Shown: piece after piece, positions 18,281 through 26,560 of the stretch
Layout: each line of letters starts with the position of its first letter
How positions within the stretch are numbered: the stretch's first letter is position 1
Virus record (IMG/VR): IMGVR_UViG_3300020044_006003
Coordinates: 1 to 30,858 of that record
Length of the DNA stretch: 30,858 nt
Source of the DNA: a virus
Lineage: Duplodnaviria > Caudoviricetes
Direction: 5' to 3' (one strand)
Program-made: the position numbers and the translations under genes
The notes under the pieces: model-generated
Database searches by the model: none
The model's input: the letters and a program-made list of their open reading frames with translations, nothing else
Told to the model about the DNA's origin: nothing

Positions 18281-18865
18281 ATGGAAAAAAGAAAAGTAGT
18301 AAAGTGTGTGATTGATGAGGAAGGTCGTTTGGGCATCACGGCAATGGGACTTGTTGATGCACCTGCAATTGAAGAAAATTGGATTGCACTAAGCAAGCAA
18401 CAGCTAAGTGCAGTCAATGAAGAACGTAGAATGTTATATGGTCCTGCATTAATACCGGATAAAGAGATACTGCGGTATGATGACAAAGGTGAACCGTACT
18501 ATGTGTACTTTGAAAAGGCAACAGTGCAGGCTATTGCGCATCAGTTTTTCAAAAAGAATCTGCAACACACCACCAATTTGCAACATGAGATACCAGTAAC
18601 AGGTGTGACTGTTGTTGAATCATGGCTAAAGGAAGGTAAGCAAGATAAATCGATGCAGTTAGGACTGCCCGAACTGCCTGATGGTACTTGGTTTATCGGC
18701 ACTAAAGTAGATGAAGACCACGTATGGAATGATGTAAAGGAAGGCAAGGTAAAAGGCTACAGCATTGAAGGCTTCTTTAATGAAGTAGGTGTGGCAATGG
18801 CAGGTGTTAAAAACTATGAAGCAGAATTGTTGCTTGAGATAGATGGAATATTGAAAAACATCTGA
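18281..18865 (+). CDS. XkdF-like putative prohead serine protease
   Basis: GPALIPD, NLQHE, VVESW, LPDGTW and KGYSIEG motifs; directly upstream of scaffold and capsid. Confidence 0.75.
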   Translation: MEKRKVVKCVIDEEGRLGITAMGLVDAPAIEENWIALSKQQLSAVNEERRMLYGPALIPDKEILRYDDKGEPYYVYFEKATVQAIAHQFFKKNLQHTTNLQHEIPVTGVTVVESWLKEGKQDKSMQLGLPELPDGTWFIGTKVDEDHVWNDVKEGKVKGYSIEGFFNEVGVAMAGVKNYEAELLLEIDGILKNI

Positions 18866-18926
18866 TATTTGAAGTGCGTTTTATTCTCTCATAATTTCTG
18901 GTTTAAGGTTTTTTAAATTTCAAAGC

Positions 18927-18959
18927 AAAAAAAAGGGCCAAACGTGGCCCTTCTTTTTT
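18927..18959. terminator. Bidirectional intrinsic terminator
   Basis: A8-GGGCCA-AACG-TGGCCC-TTCTTTTT between convergent genes. Confidence 0.85.
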
Positions 18960-18977
18960 ATCTAACCCTCTATCAAA

Positions 18978-19112
18978 TTACAAGACGCAAGCACGGATGT
19001 ATTCCGCTACGTTCATCTTGTTAGCCTTCGCTGCTTTTTGCACAGCTTTAAATTGTTTTTCCGTCAATCGTGCAGATACTTTATGCACTAATGTTGTTGG
19101 TGTTGTTTTCAT
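18978..19112 (-). CDS. Ribbon-helix-helix DNA-binding protein (44 aa)
   Basis: Not in the track: MKTTPTTLVHKVSARLTEKQFKAVQKAAKANKMNVAEYIRACVL. It shows the RHH pattern and has its own promoter and terminator. Confidence 0.75.
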   Translation of the reverse strand: MKTTPTTLVHKVSARLTEKQFKAVQKAAKANKMNVAEYIRACVL

Positions 19113-19136
19113 ACTTATCGGTAAATATTTATACGG

Positions 19137-19167
19137 CTAAGATAAACAAAATGTTGGATGTAACAAA
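19137..19167 (-). promoter_or_regulatory. Host-type promoter for the RHH gene
   Basis: TTTG (19167-19164), N19, TATCTTAG (19144-19137); one mismatch to consensus. Confidence 0.6.
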
Positions 19168-19188
19168 AAGGGGTTTTGTCTACTATAC
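19159..19188 (+). promoter_or_regulatory. Candidate late promoter for the head operon
   Basis: TGTAACAAAAA-N10-CTACTATAC, 15 nt before the scaffold ATG; matches 7309-7339. Confidence 0.55.
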
Positions 19189-19203
19189 CCAAATATCCAA
19201 CAA

Positions 19204-19812
19204 ATGTCAAACATTAAAGAACAAATCAAATCCGTTTTCAATAAGTACGGCATTGATCCTTCAACTGTTGGTATCAAGTTCGAAGAGGAAACTACAGCAA
19301 CAGAAGCACCGGCAACGGAAGTGAAGTTTGCAGTAGAAGGCACTTTGTCTGATGGTACTAAAATCTATTCTACCGCTAATGAGTGGGTAGTAGGTGTAGA
19401 TATCTACACAATGGATGCTGAAGGTAATCCAGTGCCAGTACCTGCAGGTGAGTACCTGTTAGAAGATGGTGTTACCAAAGTCGTAGTAGGCGAGGATGGT
19501 ATGGTTGCCGAAATTGAACGTGAAGAACAATCAACTGAAATGAGCAGCGAAGACCTCGTAGCTGTTATCGGTTCATTGTCCGAGCGTATTGCTGTGCTTG
19601 AGTCTGAAAAGACGGAATTAGCTGCAGCAGTAGAATCTGCTAAGAAAGATGCGGATGCTGTTAAATCTGAACTTGCTTCAGTTAAAAAAGCACCTGCTGT
19701 TCCTTCTGTAAAATCTCAAGAATTTAAGAAAAACGCAGCACCTGTTGCAGCATCGAATGGTACTTCATTCAGTGACTTCATGGCTGAACTGCGTAATAAA
19801 CAAAGTAAATAA
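19204..19812 (+). CDS. Capsid scaffolding protein
   Basis: Acidic protein with a C-terminal coiled coil, lying between protease and capsid. Confidence 0.6.
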   Translation: MSNIKEQIKSVFNKYGIDPSTVGIKFEEETTATEAPATEVKFAVEGTLSDGTKIYSTANEWVVGVDIYTMDAEGNPVPVPAGEYLLEDGVTKVVVGEDGMVAEIEREEQSTEMSSEDLVAVIGSLSERIAVLESEKTELAAAVESAKKDADAVKSELASVKKAPAVPSVKSQEFKKNAAPVAASNGTSFSDFMAELRNKQSK

Positions 19813-19836
19813 TTCACCTCATAATTTAAAATTAGT

Positions 19837-20730
19837 ATGCCAACAACTACTTCTCTCACCACCACCTATGCAGGTGAATTAGCTGGTGAAATCTGTGCGA
19901 AAGCACTTCAAGCTAACGTATCAACTCAGTACGTTACGTTTAAACCAAACGTTCCCTACAAATCAGTAGCACGTAAAATTGATGACACTGTTACCTTTGC
20001 TGCAGGTACTTGTGACTTTACCCCAACAGGTACAATCACTTTGACTGAGCGTATCTTGACTCTTGAAGAGTTCCAAGTACAACGTCAAATCTGTAAAAAA
20101 GACTTCTTCACAGATTGGTCTACGGCTGATGTAATGAGTGGCCGTGTAAATACCCAAATCCAAGATGCTATTATTGAGCGTATGGTAAGCGGTATTGCTG
20201 CTAACAACGAAACTATCATGTGGTCAGGTGTTAATGCAACAGCTGGTCAGTACGATGGATTCGAAACTTTGATTACTGCAGGTGGTTCAGGTGCTGTATC
20301 TGCAGGTTCAGGTTCAATCACTAGCGGTAACGTTATCGCTACCATTTGGGATGTAATCAACACTGCATCTGTTGGTGTTAAAGGTGCTGCTGAAAAGCCA
20401 ACACTTTACATGGGCCAAGCTGTATGGGAAGCTTATATGCAAGCTCAAATTGCTGATGGCAACGGATGGTATGCAACGGCAGGGCCAGAAGTACAGAAGC
20501 GTTTTGTCGGTATGTACGAAATCGCAGTATGTCCGGGTATGTCTGCTAACACAATCATCTTCGCACAGAAGTCAAATCTGATGCTTGGTACTTGGCAGGA
20601 AAATCAATTGAACGAAGTGTTTGTATTGGATATGCAAAACTTGGATGGTTCACAAAATGTACGCTATGGCGCACGTTTCTACCTCGGTGCGCAAATCTGT
20701 GTTGGTGAAGATATCACCTACTGGAAATAA
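19837..20730 (+). CDS. Major capsid protein
   Basis: 297 aa with TTTYAGE.AG and CDFTPTG..TLTERIL; follows the scaffold gene and is followed by a terminator. Confidence 0.75.
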   Translation: MPTTTSLTTTYAGELAGEICAKALQANVSTQYVTFKPNVPYKSVARKIDDTVTFAAGTCDFTPTGTITLTERILTLEEFQVQRQICKKDFFTDWSTADVMSGRVNTQIQDAIIERMVSGIAANNETIMWSGVNATAGQYDGFETLITAGGSGAVSAGSGSITSGNVIATIWDVINTASVGVKGAAEKPTLYMGQAVWEAYMQAQIADGNGWYATAGPEVQKRFVGMYEIAVCPGMSANTIIFAQKSNLMLGTWQENQLNEVFVLDMQNLDGSQNVRYGARFYLGAQICVGEDITYWK

Positions 20731-20739
20731 TAATTAATC

Positions 20740-20770
20740 AAAAAGGGGTAGTCTACGGATTGCCCCTTTT
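20740..20770 (+). terminator. Intrinsic terminator after the capsid gene
   Basis: GGGGTAGTC-TACG-GATTGCCCC-TTTT with a cUACGg tetraloop. Confidence 0.85.
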
Positions 20771-20788
20771 ACAAAAATCTATATAGAT

Positions 20789-21331
20789 ATGGCTTGTGAT
20801 TTAACAAAAGGTTTTACCCTCGGATGCCTTGAAGGTATCGGTGGTGTTAAAGAAATATTGATTGCTAACTACGATGACTTCACTTCAGGTATCACCTATG
20901 GTGGTACTAATGGTGAAGTTGACGGATTGCCCACTGCTACTATCTATCGTTACGTTCCTTTCCGTAATTCAGGTTCATATGTTGAAACCGTACAAAAGAA
21001 TTTGGAAACAGGTACTTTGTTCTTCTCGCAGGAAATCCAATGGACATTCGGTAAGTTGAATCAAGATATGCGTAACGAGTTTTTGAATGTAGCTAAAGCA
21101 AAGTTCATTGCATTTGTTCGTACTAATGACGATCAGATATTGCTCGTTGGTGCAGGTGAAGGTTCGCAGTTGACTGCAGGTACTGTACAATCAGGTGCGC
21201 AGAAAGCTGATCTAATGGGTTATCAAGTTACTGCAGTTGCTGAAGAGCTTACACCTGCTGTACACCTTGAGCCTTTCACATCAGTACCTTTCGACAACTT
21301 CGCAGGTATTACTGTAAGCCCTGCTTACTAA
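20789..21331 (+). CDS. Major tail tube protein (putative)
   Basis: 180 aa, beta-rich, N-terminus MACDLTKG...C...GGVK; followed by a terminator as expected for an abundant protein. Confidence 0.6.
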   Translation: MACDLTKGFTLGCLEGIGGVKEILIANYDDFTSGITYGGTNGEVDGLPTATIYRYVPFRNSGSYVETVQKNLETGTLFFSQEIQWTFGKLNQDMRNEFLNVAKAKFIAFVRTNDDQILLVGAGEGSQLTAGTVQSGAQKADLMGYQVTAVAEELTPAVHLEPFTSVPFDNFAGITVSPAY

Positions 21332-21365
21332 GGATTGTTCCGTTCGTGTGTTATTGTTGTATTGG

Positions 21366-21400
21366 AAAAAAGGGCAGGTTATATTTGACTTGCCCTTTTT
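21366..21400 (+). terminator. Intrinsic terminator after the tail tube gene
   Basis: A6-GGGCAGGTTA-TATT-TGACTTGCCC-T5. Confidence 0.8.
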
Positions 21401-21412
21401 AAATATAAAAGC

Positions 21413-21802
21413 ATGATCTACTTATTCACAAATCAAGCAAATCAACTTGCTTTTCTTAGCTTAGATGAAGCAAGACAATACTTCGCTACACCATTCACGG
21501 ATTACTTGATAGTACTAACACACGAGGAAAATAGTACTACTGGCACATACCTGGCACAGATTGCTAATATCTTAAGCGAAAGTGTGCGCATAACTCAACT
21601 GCAAATAACGACTGTTGGCCTTACCTTAGCGGGAAGATACCGCTATGAAGTATATGGTCAAAATTCAAACAGCAATCTTAATCCGGCAGATGCTTCTGTT
21701 GTTGGTTTATGCCAGCGCGGATATGCTGTATTAAATGATAACACCACGTGGTTTGATGTGCCAACTGATACCATAGCAAACGATATAATATATGAACCAT
21801 AA
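21413..21802 (+). CDS. Hypothetical virion protein (possible head-tail joining)
   Basis: 129 aa, beta-rich; overlaps the portal start. Confidence 0.55.
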   Translation: MIYLFTNQANQLAFLSLDEARQYFATPFTDYLIVLTHEENSTTGTYLAQIANILSESVRITQLQITTVGLTLAGRYRYEVYGQNSNSNLNPADASVVGLCQRGYAVLNDNTTWFDVPTDTIANDIIYEP

Positions 21803-23759
21803 CGAATCAAACATAGTATCATTGAAGCTTAGTGAGTATGTTGCTAAGAGTGATGCTGAAAAATTAGATAGAAAAGGTTGGGTTAATTATGGAGATCAAA
21901 ACGATTTCCCTCAATACTTGCGTGACCTTGCACATGAATCACCTGTGCATGGTAGTTTGGTAGTTGCTATTGGTGATATGGTAGCAGGTAAGGGTATCAA
22001 GTCTGAACAATATCAAGCCGAATTAGATGCATTAGATGTAAACACTTTGACCTATGCCTGTGCGCATGACTTGAAGTTGTTTGGTGGTTTTTTTATTGAA
22101 GTAATTTGGAGTAATGACCGCACGGTGATATCAAAGCTAAATGCTATTCCATTTGAAGAGTGCAGAATAGCGGTGAATCAGGATGATGATAGTGAGATAG
22201 GAATATTTCATAGCTACGACTGGAGTAACATACGCAAGAAAAAGAACACACCTGAATTTATACCCAAGTACAACTACCTTACACGTAACGAAGAGCCACG
22301 CCAAATCTATTGGTGCTTCACATATACAGGCAGTGATGTGTACCCACGTCCTGACTACTGGAGTGCTATTAATTATATTGAGTTAGATAAGCAGATAAGC
22401 ATATTCCACATCAATCAAATCAGCAATGGTTTGTTCCCATCGACTATTATCAACTTCTACAATGGACAGGCAACACCTGAACAGAAGCAGCAGATGATGA
22501 TGGACTGGGAAAACAAGATGAGTGGTGCAAGGAATGCAGGTAAGGTAGTGATGTTCTTTAATGAACGTGATCAACCTAAGACTGAAATCACACCATTCCC
22601 TGTTAACGATGCAGATAAGCAGTACCAGTTAATGGATACTACTGCTACGCAAAAGATAATCACTGCGCATCGTGTTACTACACCACTGCTATTTGGTATT
22701 CGCGAAACATCAGGCTTTGGTAGCAATAAAGATGAAATGGCTACAGGTCTTGAGATATTCAACAAGCAGGTGATTGAGCCATATCAAGAAAAGATAAATA
22801 CAAGTATCGAAGAGTTGTTGAGCAATCAGTTGCCCGGTGTAACCTTTGAGATTGTACCGAACACACCACTTGCAGTTGAGCAAGCTGAAGCGGTTGTAGA
22901 TGCAACAGGCACGACAGCGGATGTAGCTGCAACAGCCTTGACTGGTGCGCAGATATCATCGCTTGTTGACATCGTGATGCAGAGTGCAGCAGGTGCAGTA
23001 CCTGTAACAAGTGCCAAAGCTATTGTTGGTGCTGCCTTCCCGACATTACCACAGGCAACTGTTGATGCAATCTTTGCCGATGTTATGCCGGGTAGCTTAC
23101 AACCTACGGAGGTAATACAATCTGCTTTTAAAAAAAAAGTAGATGCGGACTTTGATGATAACAAAGTTGCAGATGCATTGATTGCATTAGGTGAAGACCA
23201 AGATGAAGACTGGGTATTGATTGATGAGTATGATGTTGATTATGACACGGACGATGAGGATAATGAGCGCATACAATCACACAACTTTGCAACTACCAGC
23301 ACAGGCACTGCACGACCCAATGCGAAATCTGCACAGGATGAAACGATAGAAGATGTGAAGTTCTATACACGCTATAAATACAACGGTGAAATCCGTGATA
23401 ACTCGCGTGAGTTTTGCCGTAAAATGATAGCTGCCGATAAGCTTTATCGTAAAGAAGACATCATGCAAATGGGTAAGCAAATAGTCAATGAAGGATGGGG
23501 ACCACGAGGTGCTGACAGGTATTCGGTTTGGTTGTACAAAGGCGGTGGGGCATGTGGACACGTGTGGCGCAAGATGACCTTTGCAAGTGCTAAAGGATTT
23601 GGGTTAGATTTAACTAATCCGAATATCAAAGAAGCATTAGATGTGCGTGTAAAGAAGGCAGGATATAAAGTGCGTAACAATCCAAAGGTAGCTATTGAAC
23701 CACGCAATATGCCTTATGAAGGTTTCTTACCTGATAATCCAAGATTCGCTAATAAATAA
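21792..23759 (+). CDS. Portal protein with a C-terminal minor-head-like extension
   Basis: WVNYGDQNDFPQYL, NGLFPS, SGARNAGK and IITAHRVTTPLLFGI portal motifs. The C-terminal domain has SREFCRKM...YKGGGACGHVW. Confidence 0.8.
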   Translation: MNHNESNIVSLKLSEYVAKSDAEKLDRKGWVNYGDQNDFPQYLRDLAHESPVHGSLVVAIGDMVAGKGIKSEQYQAELDALDVNTLTYACAHDLKLFGGFFIEVIWSNDRTVISKLNAIPFEECRIAVNQDDDSEIGIFHSYDWSNIRKKKNTPEFIPKYNYLTRNEEPRQIYWCFTYTGSDVYPRPDYWSAINYIELDKQISIFHINQISNGLFPSTIINFYNGQATPEQKQQMMMDWENKMSGARNAGKVVMFFNERDQPKTEITPFPVNDADKQYQLMDTTATQKIITAHRVTTPLLFGIRETSGFGSNKDEMATGLEIFNKQVIEPYQEKINTSIEELLSNQLPGVTFEIVPNTPLAVEQAEAVVDATGTTADVAATALTGAQISSLVDIVMQSAAGAVPVTSAKAIVGAAFPTLPQATVDAIFADVMPGSLQPTEVIQSAFKKKVDADFDDNKVADALIALGEDQDEDWVLIDEYDVDYDTDDEDNERIQSHNFATTSTGTARPNAKSAQDETIEDVKFYTRYKYNGEIRDNSREFCRKMIAADKLYRKEDIMQMGKQIVNEGWGPRGADRYSVWLYKGGGACGHVWRKMTFASAKGFGLDLTNPNIKEALDVRVKKAGYKVRNNPKVAIEPRNMPYEGFLPDNPRFANK

Positions 23760-23766
23760 CTGAACT

Positions 23767-24336
23767 ATGCCTGAAGTACTACTAATATCAGAGAACTACA
23801 TAAAGAAGTACACTACTATCAATGGTAGTGTAGACCCTAACCTGCTCTATCCATCTGTGTATCTTGCACAGGATAAGTGGCTACTTCCCTTTTTGGGAAC
23901 TGATTTGATGAATAAGATTAAAGCAGATGTAGCAGGTGGTACTATTGCAGGTAACTATCAAATACTTTTAGAAGATTACATTCAAAAGTGTTTGCTGTGG
24001 TGGGTAATGGTGGATGTAACACCTAACCTATGTTATCGTTTGGACAATGGTACACTTGTACAGCGTCAATCGGAAGATACACAACCGGTATCTGACCTTG
24101 TAATGAAGGATATGATAGATCGTGCAAGACAAAATGCAGAGCATTACACCACTTTGCTTGTAGATTACTTATGTGCTAACAGCAGTTTGTTCCCTGAATA
24201 CTCAACTGCTACATGGCCAGACCGCTCACCTCGTACTGATGTGACCAATACGCTGAATTATCAGTTCAGCAGTGGCAACACTTCAATAAGTTATCGTCCC
24301 ACATACAGCAGAAATATTCTTAATCGTATACCATGA
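23767..24336 (+). CDS. Head-tail connector/adaptor (DUF6712-like)
   Basis: 189 aa, helical, with AQDKWLLPFLG..L; lies after the portal gene. Confidence 0.55.
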   Translation: MPEVLLISENYIKKYTTINGSVDPNLLYPSVYLAQDKWLLPFLGTDLMNKIKADVAGGTIAGNYQILLEDYIQKCLLWWVMVDVTPNLCYRLDNGTLVQRQSEDTQPVSDLVMKDMIDRARQNAEHYTTLLVDYLCANSSLFPEYSTATWPDRSPRTDVTNTLNYQFSSGNTSISYRPTYSRNILNRIP

Positions 24337-24455
24337 TAGAAAAAAAGACGCTTAAACAAGACTATACTGAAAGGTTACGCAAGTATGAGCGTGATTTATC
24401 ATTGAAGCTACGTGCTACTGCACAGAAGGAATCGGATAAAACAAAAGTCAAATAA
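24333..24455 (+). CDS. Small basic protein (40 aa)
   Basis: ATGA overlap; MIEKKTLKQDYTERLRKYERDLSLKLRATAQKESDKTKVK. Confidence 0.5.
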   Translation: MIEKKTLKQDYTERLRKYERDLSLKLRATAQKESDKTKVK

Positions 24456-24470
24456 TAAACAACTACAACT

Positions 24471-24593
24471 ATGGAAGAGTTACTGCCTAACACTAACGCG
24501 GATGTCATCCGTGAATTGATTTTAATTGTCTTTGGTTTGATAGTTCGTGCAATTGAAAAGCGCAAACTAAAAAAAGAAACAGATGCCAAGTAG
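24471..24593 (+). CDS. Small hydrophobic protein, holin/antiholin candidate (40 aa)
   Basis: MEELLPNTNADVIRELILIVFGLIVRAIEKRKLKKETDAK; overlaps the endolysin start. Confidence 0.5.
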   Translation: MEELLPNTNADVIRELILIVFGLIVRAIEKRKLKKETDAK

Positions 24594-24966
24594 AAAGATT
24601 GAAGATTGTGTTCAGGCATTACAGGTTGCATGGGTAGATGCGTCTAAAGCATTTGCTCAATTGCATCCTGATTTGCCACAGCCATTTTTAACCTGTACAC
24701 ATCGTACGGAAAAAGAACAGTTGGAGCTTTATGCGCAGGGACGTACTAAGCCAGGTCCTAAAGTCACACAACTAAAGAAAGGTAGTAAGCACAATGCCTA
24801 TCCATCGAAGGCATTTGATATTGCATTTAAAAAAGATGGTAAGTTAGATTGGTCACCTAAGTTATTCAAAGCATTTGCCGACATCATTGAACAGCAGCAT
24901 CCAGCAGTTGAGTGGGGGGGTAACTGGACATCGTTTAAAGACCTTCCACACTTTCAAGTTTCATAA
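24583..24966 (+). CDS. Endolysin, M15 family L-Ala-D-Glu peptidase
   Basis: RT..EQ..LYAQGRT, SKH......AFD and WGGNW..F.D.PHFQ zinc-peptidase motifs. Confidence 0.92.
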   Translation: MPSRKIEDCVQALQVAWVDASKAFAQLHPDLPQPFLTCTHRTEKEQLELYAQGRTKPGPKVTQLKKGSKHNAYPSKAFDIAFKKDGKLDWSPKLFKAFADIIEQQHPAVEWGGNWTSFKDLPHFQVS

Positions 24967-24977
24967 TAATTATTACA

Positions 24978-25214
24978 ATGCATTTCAACTTTGATCCAAC
25001 TGATGTAGACTTAGCAAGACCCGGTGAGGCTTTTTTAAAGTCAAGTAGTTTCATCATGATGGGAACGATGTTCGAAGGTCTTAATTTGCAAACTATGCAC
25101 ATACCACCTATCTTCTTAGAGTTCGCAAAGTTGCTTGCATACTTAGGTGCAAGTGTGGCCTTTTTTAAGTTTATGATAAAGCTAATGGTCAAACCGAAAG
25201 ATACAGTTGAATGA
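24978..25214 (+). CDS. Membrane protein, holin candidate
   Basis: 78 aa with hydrophobic segments, adjacent to the endolysin. Confidence 0.45.
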   Translation: MHFNFDPTDVDLARPGEAFLKSSSFIMMGTMFEGLNLQTMHIPPIFLEFAKLLAYLGASVAFFKFMIKLMVKPKDTVE

Positions 25215-25447
25215 TTGTATTCATCATAGGAATGATAATAGCATCTATTGCTATTTTGATTGTTGAGTTACGGCAGTTTGATGAAGAGATGCGTGCGGGT
25301 TATGACCGCATAATGAAAAGCATTGAAAGCACATTTGATTCGGTAAAAACATTTTTCACGGTTACATTGATAGATAGTATTTCATCTGCATTTAGTTCAG
25401 ATGATAGTGATGATATCGACTTAGACGAAACAAATACCGACGTGTAA
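25211..25447 (+). CDS. Membrane-anchored hypothetical protein
   Basis: N-terminal transmembrane segment and acidic tail; translationally coupled. Confidence 0.5.
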   Translation: MIVFIIGMIIASIAILIVELRQFDEEMRAGYDRIMKSIESTFDSVKTFFTVTLIDSISSAFSSDDSDDIDLDETNTDV

Positions 25448-26475
25448 TGACTAACTACAATCACATCTACGAAGCAATCCACGCAGCTACCGGTGGACAA
25501 ATGAAAAGGGTACTGCAGGCAATCAATGATTTTGGGTTAAGCTGCCAACCATCCACATTGCAGCGCAATTACCAAAGATGGGCACAGGTGAAGAAGTTAA
25601 AAGATGATGCAGCACCTAAACCTGCAAGTACTTTGAACAAGTTGCAAGTTAACTTGAATGAGTTTGAGCACATAGTTAATGAGTTAGCACCTGAACTAAA
25701 CACCTTTGACCTGCCACCTTCGCAGGAGAGTAACTACCAACCTTACAAGTTACCGATAAATCACAATAACATTCTTATAATCGGTGATATTCACGTACCA
25801 TACCACAACATACCAGCACTTACACTTGCGTTGAAATATGGCCTTGAAAATGGCGTAAATACAATACTGCTAAATGGTGATATAATCGACTTCTATGCTA
25901 TCAGTCGTTTTGAAAAAGACCCACGCAAAAGAAACTTTGGGCATGAAGTGTTGATGACACGGCAATTTCTTACCACACTACGCAAGCTATTTCCAGATGC
26001 TGCGATTTATTACAAGTGTGGTAATCACGATATACGATATGATCACTACATTATGCGCAATGCACCTGACTTGTTGGGTATGGATGAATTTTCATTCACG
26101 AGTTTGATGAAGTTGGATGAATTAAATATTGAATTTATACCGGATAAGCAGGTAATACACGCAGGTAAGTTGACAATACTGCATGGACATGAGTTAGGAG
26201 CATCGGTATTTAGTCCTGTGAACATCGCACGTGGTCTGTTTTTACGTGCAAAAGACAATGCTTTGTGTGGTCATCATCACCAGGCAAGTGAACATACTGA
26301 ACCTAACATCAATGGTAAGCTCACAACGTGTTGGAGTGTGGCGTGTTTGTGCGAGTTGCATCCTGATTACCTGCCCATCAATAAGCACCATCATGGCTTT
26401 GCTCATGTAAAGGTGATGGATACAGGTGAATTTGAGGTGAGCAATTACCGCATAGTGAATGGTAAAATTCGATAA
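25447..26475 (+). CDS. Calcineurin-like metallophosphoesterase
   Basis: DIH, GDIID, GNHD, HGH and GHHH motifs. Confidence 0.9.
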   Translation: MTNYNHIYEAIHAATGGQMKRVLQAINDFGLSCQPSTLQRNYQRWAQVKKLKDDAAPKPASTLNKLQVNLNEFEHIVNELAPELNTFDLPPSQESNYQPYKLPINHNNILIIGDIHVPYHNIPALTLALKYGLENGVNTILLNGDIIDFYAISRFEKDPRKRNFGHEVLMTRQFLTTLRKLFPDAAIYYKCGNHDIRYDHYIMRNAPDLLGMDEFSFTSLMKLDELNIEFIPDKQVIHAGKLTILHGHELGASVFSPVNIARGLFLRAKDNALCGHHHQASEHTEPNINGKLTTCWSVACLCELHPDYLPINKHHHGFAHVKVMDTGEFEVSNYRIVNGKIR

Positions 26476-26545
26476 ACAAAAAGCCTCCACGTTTGGAGGC
26501 TCTTTGAATCATCAATAACATAACACATTTATGACACTTTAACCT
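26474..26545 (-). ncRNA. Candidate ~70-nt small RNA with terminator
   Basis: TATATTTG -7 box at 26555-26548 and terminator GCCTCCA-AACG-TGGAGGC-TTTTTGTTT. The body is complementary to early-gene leaders. Confidence 0.5.
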
Positions 26546-26560
26546 TGCAAATATAGCACG

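Noticed and set aside
18881-26541. Three-codon minigenes MRE* (minus, 18892-18881) and MTL* (plus, 26531-26542)
   Set aside because: These are the mirror reading of the candidate sRNAs. The -7 boxes point the other way and the minigenes sit just past terminators. Not fully excluded.
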